Of a DNA stretch of 28,640 nucleotides, positions 19,239 through 26,946 are shown one piece after another. Each line of letters starts with the position of its first letter. Position 1 is the first letter of the stretch. The DNA lies in IMG/VR virus record IMGVR_UViG_3300005804_000003, positions 1-28,640 of that record; one strand, 5' to 3'. The position numbers and the translations under genes were made by a program. The notes beneath the pieces are model-generated. The model saw only the letters and a program-made list of their open reading frames with translations, did no database searches and was not told the DNA's origin. This stretch comes from a virus (Duplodnaviria; Caudoviricetes).

Positions 19239-19577
19239 ATGGGATACGACAAATTAACATACAACATAGACTTCATTCAGGAAGGTAATAAAGACGATTT
19301 CACTTTTGACTTGGATAGTAACTTTCCTATTGAAGAAATCGGGGATATCACTTTTCAGGTGCGTAACAACTTGGGAGAGGAAAAAATCTCAAAGAAAAAG
19401 TCCACAGGGGGAATTACCCTGACCGATCGCACCGTTTCCGTTCTGTTTTTACCCGCCGATACTAAGGGAATAGCTGGAGTACACGCCTACGAACTTGACT
19501 TTAAAGATGCATCAGGGGACCCTTTTGCAACTATCGGGGGAAAATTCACAATTAATAAGGAGGTCAATAAGCTATGA
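19239..19577 (+). CDS. BppU N-terminal-like baseplate/fibre adaptor
   Basis: I.QG..D.F...ITFQVR...V.F.PADT...G...YEL......TI.GG.F.I pattern. Confidence 0.55.
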   Translation: MGYDKLTYNIDFIQEGNKDDFTFDLDSNFPIEEIGDITFQVRNNLGEEKISKKKSTGGITLTDRTVSVLFLPADTKGIAGVHAYELDFKDASGDPFATIGGKFTINKEVNKL

Positions 19578-20851
19578 TACTGAATATTAACGTACACCCA
19601 AGAAAGAAATTCACCGTTACCGAGAACGGTATTGCAATCGGGCCGAGAGGGTACACCCCTGAGATTGGCGAAAACGGCAACTGGTGGATTAACGGAGTTG
19701 ATACTGGCGTAAGAGCCACAGGGTTTAAGTGGGAAGACTTGACCGAACTGCAAAAGGATGAGTTGAGACTGAAATTCGATGACCTGACCGAAGCACAGAA
19801 GTTGGAAATTAAAGGCGACAAAGGGGATAAAGGAGATGCTTTTCAATACTCAGACTTCACGCCCGAACAAATCGAGGACTTAAAACAACCTGCCGTAGAA
19901 GCTGCGGAGTATGCGAATGAAATAGCAAACCACCCCACATACATAGGTTCCGATCATTATGTATATGAGTGGGATCATGCAACACAGTCTTACAACAAAA
20001 CTGGAACCTACTGCAAAGGAGATGCTTTTAATGTTAAGAAAACCTATGCTTCAGTTGCTGCAATGGAGGCAGATTTCGAAGGCACTGACACCAAGCAAGG
20101 CGACTTTGTTCTTATTGTCACAGGAAATGTCGAGGATGCCGATAACGCAAAGCTGTATGTTAAGGAGGCAACTCAGTGGACTTTTCTTGTTGATATGTCA
20201 GGAGCTATCGGCTTCACTGGCAAAACACCTCAGTTGAGTATCGGCACAGTCACAACAGGAGAGCCCGGATCTGATGTTGCTGTAACGATTAGCGAGGATG
20301 GTGTTGATGAAGGGGGTAACCCGAGATTCAAGCTCAATTTTGCTATTCCGCAGGGCGCAAAAGGTGATAAGGGAGATCCGTTCACTTACGAAGATTTCAC
20401 ACCTGAGCAGATAGCAACGCTACAACAACCAGCTACTGCAGCAGCACAACTGCTCGAGGAAGAGGTTTCAAACGTCTCAACGATTGTCGAGATGAAGATC
20501 ATTGACGAAAACACCGTTCTTGCAACTGGTGACGGACAGGGTTCATTCGTAGTGCCGGAGGAGTTGAACGGTTGTGAGATCCTCAAGGTTCACGCTGCTG
20601 TTTCGACTCCTTCCAGTTCGGGGCTTCCTACGTTTCAACTGCGCACCCTTGCCGGCAACGATGTGCTTTCGACAAAGGTCTCTATTGATGCAACTGAGAA
20701 CACCTCTTACACTGCTACAACGCCTCATGTTGTTAATCCTACATACAAAACTGTTGCAACAGGAGATATTCTATTCCCCGATGTAGATATAGCAGGAACA
20801 GGAACGAAAGGGGCACGGTTGATAATAACCTTCAAACATCCGACAGTATGA
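19574..20851 (+). CDS. Tail fibre-associated protein with short collagen-like repeats
   Basis: TPEIGENGNWWINGVDTG; duplicated KGDKGD.F.Y.DFTPEQI..L.QPA (about 19811-19893 and 20360-20433); IGTVTTG...LNFAIPQG. Confidence 0.7.
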   Translation: MILNINVHPRKKFTVTENGIAIGPRGYTPEIGENGNWWINGVDTGVRATGFKWEDLTELQKDELRLKFDDLTEAQKLEIKGDKGDKGDAFQYSDFTPEQIEDLKQPAVEAAEYANEIANHPTYIGSDHYVYEWDHATQSYNKTGTYCKGDAFNVKKTYASVAAMEADFEGTDTKQGDFVLIVTGNVEDADNAKLYVKEATQWTFLVDMSGAIGFTGKTPQLSIGTVTTGEPGSDVAVTISEDGVDEGGNPRFKLNFAIPQGAKGDKGDPFTYEDFTPEQIATLQQPATAAAQLLEEEVSNVSTIVEMKIIDENTVLATGDGQGSFVVPEELNGCEILKVHAAVSTPSSSGLPTFQLRTLAGNDVLSTKVSIDATENTSYTATTPHVVNPTYKTVATGDILFPDVDIAGTGTKGARLIITFKHPTV

Positions 20852-21219
20852 CAGTGATTTATGACGAATACTATAAAAACATTGCGCTTGGTCTTATTAA
20901 CCTTGCGAATGTGAATTACAGCTGTCTGCTCGTTGGTGACTATGCACCTGACAGCACTCACAGCAAGGACAATGTTACAGGAATTCTGATTGAAGCTCAC
21001 TCTGTTTTGGTAGGCGAAGATATAATCTCTCTCTCGATGGCCGAGATAGTTGAAAAGGTCAATGCTTTGGTTTTGGAGAATAAGGACAGCATCGACATAA
21101 GCAAGGTGACTGGCTTTGTGTTTTACGCTCTAAACCTCATTTATACAACAGATGAAGGCACTCAGGAGATTACGTCTCTCTGTTTTTACGAACCTCTAAC
21201 AATTAAGGAAAATGGCTAA
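20848..21219 (+). CDS. Hypothetical virion-associated protein
   Basis: ATGA-coupled 123-aa ORF within the fibre module. Confidence 0.55.
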   Translation: MTVIYDEYYKNIALGLINLANVNYSCLLVGDYAPDSTHSKDNVTGILIEAHSVLVGEDIISLSMAEIVEKVNALVLENKDSIDISKVTGFVFYALNLIYTTDEGTQEITSLCFYEPLTIKENG

Positions 21220-23278
21220 TCGGTATCTTCGTGGCACAGGTGCTCGAAATTGGAACGACACCAATAACTGGAGCGAAACATCGGGCGGGGCTGGTGGTGC
21301 AAGCGTGCCGACATCTACCGATAGTGTGATATTTGACGCTAATTCGGGCACAGGCACAATCACTGTCAACGCAATTGCAAATATGCTTGATTTCACCTGT
21401 TCAAACATCGGAACCTTGACTCTTGCCAACTCAGCTTATGCTTTCAACGTATATGGTTCGCTGACCTTGCAAACGAATCTGACAACAAGCTTCACAGCTA
21501 CTGGATATCTCTATCTCAAATCAACCACTACAGGCAAAAACATTACCTCAAACGGAAATACAAGAGCGTGGAATAGGATTTACTTTGACGGAGTGGGAGG
21601 GGAATGGATAAATCAAGATGATTGGAATTATAATACACAAACACACTTAATTAATGGAACTTGGAATACAAACGGCAAGACAATAACTACAAATCTGCTA
21701 TGGTTTGAAACCGGAGTGAAAACATTAATGCTTGGGGCTTCTATATTTAATTGTGGTAATATAAATTATCTAAGTAGTGGTGGTTCATTAACTATTAACG
21801 CAGGAACTTCAACTATAAATACAGGTAATATACCTTTATACGGAGCAATAACACTGTATAATTTAAACATAACTACAACAACTACTTCTGCCGAAATTGC
21901 TGGAATTGTTACAGTGAACAACTTATCAATACAGGCTTCAAGCACTGTTTTTTCTGCTCTCACATTGAGAAATAATTTTACCGTAAGTAATATTCTTACT
22001 TTACAAGGATTTAATGATAATAGACTTAGACTTTTGTTGTGTTCAACTAACATCGGCACTCCTCGCACAATCACTGTAAATGGCTCTATTGTCGCCTCAA
22101 ACGTTGACTTTCGGGACATTACTCTTGCAGGAACGGCAAACAGAGATTTAAGTGCAATTACAGGCGGCTCGGGAGACTGTCAAGGTAACTCAGGAATCAC
22201 TTTCACACCTGCAATTAACAACTATTTCAAACATACTTCAGGAGCATGCAACTGGGCTGATGTAACAAAGTGGGTAACAACAGACGGAGGCTCTACACAG
22301 GCTCGTGTACCCCTGCCTCAGGATACTGCAATATTTACTGCCAACTCGTTTACCGGAGCTTCTACGGTTAACATTAACTGTCCGAGAGCAGGGAAAGACA
22401 TTGATTTCTCAGAGATTAATCAATCTGTAATTGCCAATTTGCAAATAAACATCGCATTATATGGTTCATTGATACTAAGTAACTTAAATGCATTTCCGGG
22501 CAATAATATTATAAGTTTTTTCGGTAGGGGTTCGCATGTCATAAAGACATTTAATAAAGAGATTTATTCGATTGGTATTTATTCAATTGGAGGAAATTAC
22601 AGACTTGAATCAGACTTAACATTGAGTGAGGTTTTGAGGCATTATTATGGCACTCTCGATTTTAATAATTATAACTATACTGGTCAAGGACTTTTATCAG
22701 GAGTCGATGGTGCTGGTGTTGGCGGGCAAACGATCAACATGCGAAGTGGAATAATAACCTTAACAAGAGAATCAGGTTACATATTTATACCATCAGAGTT
22801 TCTAACTACAGATACGTCTACTTTAATTTTCTCACCAAGAGCTGGAACATCCACAGTTACAGCTCTTTTAAAAGGATTTTCATATAATAAAATTATTTGT
22901 GCCGGAGCTCATACTGGAGTATTATTATTTAATAATAATTTAAGTGTTAATGAGTTAGTCATTCAGAAGGGTAGAAAGCTGCAAATAACTGGAGGAAGGG
23001 ATTGCATAGTCGCCAAAACCTCAATTCAAGGCACACCGACAGAACCTGTTGTCCTCACTTCGACAAACACAACTCCGTTTAACCTGATTCATTCAGGATC
23101 GGGATATCATCAATGGGATTATGTGAATGTTAGCTACTGCAACGCAACACCGAACAGATTCTATGCGGGCGAAAGGTCAACAAACGGAGGCAACAATACT
23201 GGAGTACTGTTCAGGAACTATCTGCACAGGTGTAACAGGATATTGAAACGATGGATTAAACCGATAAATTTTAATTAA
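21212..23278 (+). CDS. Adhesin-like beta-solenoid protein, putative tail spike/receptor binder
   Basis: Thr/Asn/Gly-rich; motif NW.D...W..T.GG....VP...D..IF.ANS occurs twice. Confidence 0.6.
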   Translation: MANRYLRGTGARNWNDTNNWSETSGGAGGASVPTSTDSVIFDANSGTGTITVNAIANMLDFTCSNIGTLTLANSAYAFNVYGSLTLQTNLTTSFTATGYLYLKSTTTGKNITSNGNTRAWNRIYFDGVGGEWINQDDWNYNTQTHLINGTWNTNGKTITTNLLWFETGVKTLMLGASIFNCGNINYLSSGGSLTINAGTSTINTGNIPLYGAITLYNLNITTTTTSAEIAGIVTVNNLSIQASSTVFSALTLRNNFTVSNILTLQGFNDNRLRLLLCSTNIGTPRTITVNGSIVASNVDFRDITLAGTANRDLSAITGGSGDCQGNSGITFTPAINNYFKHTSGACNWADVTKWVTTDGGSTQARVPLPQDTAIFTANSFTGASTVNINCPRAGKDIDFSEINQSVIANLQINIALYGSLILSNLNAFPGNNIISFFGRGSHVIKTFNKEIYSIGIYSIGGNYRLESDLTLSEVLRHYYGTLDFNNYNYTGQGLLSGVDGAGVGGQTINMRSGIITLTRESGYIFIPSEFLTTDTSTLIFSPRAGTSTVTALLKGFSYNKIICAGAHTGVLLFNNNLSVNELVIQKGRKLQITGGRDCIVAKTSIQGTPTEPVVLTSTNTTPFNLIHSGSGYHQWDYVNVSYCNATPNRFYAGERSTNGGNNTGVLFRNYLHRCNRILKRWIKPINFN

Positions 23279-23279
23279 G

Positions 23280-23639
23280 ATGAGCACACCTCAATTATAT
23301 CCGATAGACGACCTTCTGCTACCATATTATAAGCTGAATCAATGGTATGCAGGCGGGAAAGCGGCAATGGTAGTTCGGTGTAAGATATACATCGAAAACA
23401 TCGCTGCAATAACTGTGATACTGTTCAGGCACGAAATGACACACCTGAAGCAGCAGGAGGCTCTCGGATATGCTTACTTCAAATTCCTCTATGTGCTTTG
23501 GTGGGTGATCCTCTTTTTCACACCCGGGAAGAGACCGTATAACGATAATCCGTTTGAGCTTGAAGCAGATGAATGTAGCAGATATTATCGTGGCTGGGAG
23601 AGGGTGACAAAAGATTCTTGGAAACAATACAGAAAATAA
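23280..23639 (+). CDS. Small zincin-like metallopeptidase (HExxH)
   Basis: RHEMTHLKQ, a hydrophobic stretch, then Y..NPFELEA supplying a possible third ligand. Confidence 0.7.
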   Translation: MSTPQLYPIDDLLLPYYKLNQWYAGGKAAMVVRCKIYIENIAAITVILFRHEMTHLKQQEALGYAYFKFLYVLWWVILFFTPGKRPYNDNPFELEADECSRYYRGWERVTKDSWKQYRK

Positions 23640-23679
23640 TTATTAACCCGGGGGAGACCCCATTTAAATCAATTTTATC

Positions 23680-24102
23680 ATGAAAAAATTTTTAACATTA
23701 ACAATCGCTTTAGTAGCGTTTTTGGCAATGCCGGTATTTATGCTTGCGCAGGCTCCGCCACCACCTGAAGCCGGGACTGTTGTATCAACAATAGTTGAGA
23801 CCGGGTTCTCAAATTATTTCATCTCACTGGCTGCACTTGTGCCGTTGGTTGTTTTGATTTCTGCATTTATCAACTCAAAATTGAAGCTTTCCGGGTTTTT
23901 AAAGCAGTTTGTCGCGTGGATTATTGCGATAGGATTATGCTTTGTAGGATGGTATTTTAATCTTGGGATGTTTACAGGCTTAGTTTGGTGGGTAGTGCTG
24001 ATTTATGGCTTTGCGGTCGGATTGGCGGCCAACGGGTTCTTTGACATTACTCTTATTCAGGCAATACTTAAAGCTTTAAAACTCGAGAAGAAAAATGAGT
24101 AA
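23680..24102 (+). CDS. Holin-like membrane protein with signal-peptide-like N-terminus
   Basis: MKKFLTL...AQA leader, three hydrophobic helices, GLAANGFFD motif, basic C-terminus. Confidence 0.6.
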   Translation: MKKFLTLTIALVAFLAMPVFMLAQAPPPPEAGTVVSTIVETGFSNYFISLAALVPLVVLISAFINSKLKLSGFLKQFVAWIIAIGLCFVGWYFNLGMFTGLVWWVVLIYGFAVGLAANGFFDITLIQAILKALKLEKKNE

Positions 24103-24718
24103 TGAAAAATCAAGCAAGGGAACGGCACTAATAATAGTGCTGCTCCTTTTGTCCTTTGCCGGATGCTTTTTCTTTTATACTAAGTATAAGAACAGTAAGG
24201 CGGAGATGATCGAACTAAAAGCGACGAAAATCGCTCTGCTAAAGGATACGGTTGAGTATTACAAGGCGCGTAATGGCCAGCTGGTGGCCGTTGTTGAAAA
24301 GGTGACTCTCGAAAGGGAAGAACTGGATCTATACAACACACAAATAAAGGCCGATCTTAAAAACATGAAGGTAAAACTTAAAGACGCGGAGTTGTATATT
24401 TCTACCCAGCTTTTAACAGTTGTAAAGCCACCTGATGCGCCGTTAAGGGATACTGTCATTATTGAGAGAGAAAAACCCATATTAGCTAAATCTTTCAGTT
24501 GGTCGGATCCGTGGGGAGGTATGGGAGGTATGATATACAATGACTCACTTAAACAGCCTTATTACTATTCCCGTGACACTTTGATCGGGGTAGGTGAGAA
24601 GATTTATAAGTACAAGTTTTTAGGGTTGAGGTTTAAAGTTATCGGGGCTAAATTAAAGGTTTCAAGTAAAAACCCTAATTCAAGTGTACAGATGCCGGAA
24701 TATGTGAAGCTTGAGTAA
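24095..24718 (+). CDS. Spanin-like protein (DUF6549-like)
   Basis: N-terminal TM, coiled coil, D.W...G...DTL...K..LG...V.SKNP.S tail. Confidence 0.55.
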   Translation: MSNEKSSKGTALIIVLLLLSFAGCFFFYTKYKNSKAEMIELKATKIALLKDTVEYYKARNGQLVAVVEKVTLEREELDLYNTQIKADLKNMKVKLKDAELYISTQLLTVVKPPDAPLRDTVIIEREKPILAKSFSWSDPWGGMGGMIYNDSLKQPYYYSRDTLIGVGEKIYKYKFLGLRFKVIGAKLKVSSKNPNSSVQMPEYVKLE

Positions 24719-24810
24719 TACAATAACGAATGAAAATTATATATAAAATTTTACAATATTTTGTAAATATTATATATATGGCGCTAAAATACCTGAATAT
24801 TAAGGTTAAA

Positions 24811-24928
24811 TAAAAAGTGCCCCGCCCCCTATACAGTATCTCACCACCATATATAAACGCAACCGCTCAGGAACGAAGCACTAAGCCGAAACTGTCGCGG
24901 TTGCTTTAATTTTTCAAATGGTGAGATA
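24811..24928 (-). ncRNA. Candidate structured antisense small RNA (about 115 nt)
   Basis: Three helices, one of which closes only on the minus strand through G-U pairs; minus-strand -7 box upstream and U tract downstream. Confidence 0.55.
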
Positions 24929-24930
24929 GA

Positions 24931-24938
24931 CAAAATTA
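24931..24938 (-). promoter_or_regulatory. -7 promoter box pointing into the structured element
   Basis: CAAAATTA on + reads TAATTTTG (TAnnTTTG) on -. Confidence 0.55.
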
Positions 24939-24947
24939 ATTATTAAA

Positions 24948-25079
24948 ATGGAGACGAAGAAATTTAATTACAAACAGCAGTATGGCATTGTTGTGATTTG
25001 TTCCGACGAGCAGGAGCAAAAGGAGATTTATGAAAAGCTCGAAAAGTTAGGTTTAAAATTAAAAGTTGTAGTGGTATGA
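24948..25079 (+). CDS. 43-aa protein, first gene of the ATPase-GNAT operon (below the ORF-track cutoff)
   Basis: METKKFNYKQQYGIVVICSDEQEQKEIYEKLEKLGLKLKVVVV*; A-rich start context; ATGA overlap with 25076. Confidence 0.8.
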   Translation: METKKFNYKQQYGIVVICSDEQEQKEIYEKLEKLGLKLKVVVV

Positions 25080-26203
25080 GAGTGGAGATTAATCACAGAT
25101 GTAGCGATTTTAACGGCTACAGGGCGAACAGAGTTAAGAGTTTATTCAACGCGGAATCCGGGTGCAACTGGTCACACGTTGCGAATCTACCTATTGAGGA
25201 TATAGATTGGAATATCGGTCTTATTGTCGGCCCTTCCGGAAGCGGCAAAAGCTCAATAGGTGAGCGAATGTTCCCGGAAGTAAAGATTCATGATTTATCC
25301 TCCGGATGGGGAGATAACCCTATTGTCGAGGAGATAGCTCCCGGGGAGGCGTTTAACGACGTAACCTCATCCCTTGCGGCAGTTGGGCTGGGCGATGTGC
25401 CGGCATGGCTCAGACCTTTTTACGTACTTTCAAACGGCGAGAAGTTCCGGGCAGGACTGGCAAGGCTTATTTGCGAAAAGCCGGATATTGCCGTAGTGGA
25501 CGAATTCACCTCCGTAGTGGATCGGCAGATCGCCAAAGTGGGAGCTTCGGCCTTTGCCAAGTCGTGGAGAAAAACGGGAGGCAAGGCGGTTTTACTTAGT
25601 TGCCATTATGATATTATTGAATGGTTACAACCCGACTGGGTTTACGATACAGCTGAGGCGCGGTTCTACCGTGGATGTCCCCGGCGCCCTGCAATCAAAC
25701 TTGACATTTACAAAGTCAGTGGAGAGAACTGGAAGTTTTTTAAAAAGCATTACTATTTAGACCTTCCCCATCCGGTTGCGGCGGAGTACTTCGTCGGTAT
25801 TGTTGACGGCCAACCAGTGGCACACTTGGCAGTAACGCCCATGTTTACGGCCAATGCTTACCGGGCAACCCGGCTTGTGGTTATGCCGGAGTGGCAAGGG
25901 GTAGGAGTGGGAACGGCATTTCTTAACGCGGTATGCATGCACCATCTTGAGGGAGGCGGCCGTAAAGGCTATAAATACCCCGTATTTTTCCATACAAGTC
26001 ATCCGCAACTATGCGGTTACCTTAGGCATAGTAATAAATGGATTCAGGTTTCTGCGCAACTGTACGGGGGAAACAAAGCCAAGTCTGCAGCAAGCATACG
26101 CAGGGCTCACGATAAAAAGAAAATGAGTATTAACACCGGTACCGGGTACGGAGGACACTTCCGGGCGGTTCAGGGATTTAAATATATTGGAGATGGTAAT
26201 TAA
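25076..26203 (+). CDS. ABC-type ATPase fused to a GNAT acyltransferase domain
   Basis: Walker A GPSGSGKS, signature LSNGE, Walker B AVVDEF, H-loop LSCH; C-terminal RLVVMPEWQGVGVG acyl-CoA motif A; no TM partner. Confidence 0.85.
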   Translation: MRVEINHRCSDFNGYRANRVKSLFNAESGCNWSHVANLPIEDIDWNIGLIVGPSGSGKSSIGERMFPEVKIHDLSSGWGDNPIVEEIAPGEAFNDVTSSLAAVGLGDVPAWLRPFYVLSNGEKFRAGLARLICEKPDIAVVDEFTSVVDRQIAKVGASAFAKSWRKTGGKAVLLSCHYDIIEWLQPDWVYDTAEARFYRGCPRRPAIKLDIYKVSGENWKFFKKHYYLDLPHPVAAEYFVGIVDGQPVAHLAVTPMFTANAYRATRLVVMPEWQGVGVGTAFLNAVCMHHLEGGGRKGYKYPVFFHTSHPQLCGYLRHSNKWIQVSAQLYGGNKAKSAASIRRAHDKKKMSINTGTGYGGHFRAVQGFKYIGDGN

Positions 26204-26678
26204 GTTATTTGGCGATATTGAAAAAGAGGCGGTGCTTAGGTCAAGGGATCTTATTCTATCGCTTGGCCATGAGTTAGAGAACGGTCATTTTGAGGTTGAT
26301 TTGGGTGTTGCACCATTGCTCCGGGAGAAAGTACCCCGGGAGGAGATTGAGCGGTTCAAATATGGGCTCTTGGTGTTTCACCCGTCATTACTTCCCCATC
26401 GGCGCGGGCCGTCGGCGATTAAGCATACATTTATTGCCGGGGATCCTGTAACCGGTGCCACCTGGTTCTGGGCAAATGATAAACTTGACGCGGGAGATAT
26501 CTGCGAGATGGAGGTTGTAAGGGTTAATCATTATAAAACCTTTCAGCAGTTCTACAAGCAGGACGTAATCCCGGCGTTACTCAGAACGCTGGAGCGATCA
26601 TTAACGGCGATTGAAAAAGGGCACGTCCGAAGGATCCCGCAGGTGGAAGAGTATGCGAGTTATGATCCGAAGTTATAA
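26193..26678 (+). CDS. Formyltransferase (Fmt/PurN N-terminal-like domain)
   Basis: FHPSLLP.RRGPSAI and TGATWFW....LDAGDI; start probably ATG 26193 (track uses TTG 26187). Confidence 0.85.
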   Translation: MVIKLFGDIEKEAVLRSRDLILSLGHELENGHFEVDLGVAPLLREKVPREEIERFKYGLLVFHPSLLPHRRGPSAIKHTFIAGDPVTGATWFWANDKLDAGDICEMEVVRVNHYKTFQQFYKQDVIPALLRTLERSLTAIEKGHVRRIPQVEEYASYDPKL

Positions 26679-26691
26679 TTTTGATTTAACT

Positions 26692-26718
26692 AAAGGCTCG
26701 ATTATTTCGGGCCTTTTT
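26692..26718. terminator. Probable bidirectional terminator between convergent genes
   Basis: AAAGGCTCGA-ttatt-TCGGGCCTTTTT hairpin with A and T flanks. Confidence 0.8.
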
Positions 26719-26734
26719 AAATTAATTGCTACGC

Positions 26735-26923
26735 TTACAGGGCTATAAATCCGATAGGCTCATCAAAGGATAATACACTTTTTGAAAAATCGTCTTTTTG
26801 AAGTTTATTGTCTTTTGTAAACCATTGGCATGTAATGGTTTCTCCATTGATTGATAAAATTGTCATTGACGGTCCACCAGAATTTAATTTTACAACCGAC
26901 CCAATAGTAAATTCTTTACTCAT
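26735..26923 (-). CDS. YodC/DUF2158-like small protein
   Basis: F.IGSVVKLNSGGPSMTI......CQWF........F....L. Confidence 0.85.
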   Translation of the reverse strand: MSKEFTIGSVVKLNSGGPSMTILSINGETITCQWFTKDNKLQKDDFSKSVLSFDEPIGFIAL

Positions 26924-26946
26924 TTTTTAAAATTTTAGTTAATATT

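Noticed and set aside
13527-23278. Complete DGR or invertase shufflon acting on fibre genes
   Set aside because: No reverse transcriptase, template repeat, invertase or inverted cassettes seen in this window.
24095-24190. Lipobox FAG|C in the spanin-like protein
   Set aside because: Cys is followed by FFFY, so it more likely lies within a TM anchor; cannot be decided by eye.
24738-24779. AT-rich quasi-palindrome (TTTACAA...TTGTAAA) as an operator
   Set aside because: Very low complexity, so chance symmetry is likely; it could still be part of the operon promoter.
24811-24928. tRNA or retron msr-msd
   Set aside because: No cloverleaf or T-loop consensus and no adjacent reverse transcriptase.
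25076-26203. ABC transporter subunit
   Set aside because: No membrane or substrate-binding partner; fused to a GNAT domain.
26193-26678. Housekeeping fmt or purN
   Set aside because: Only about 160 aa, lacks the Fmt C-terminal domain, degenerate N-terminus, phage context.
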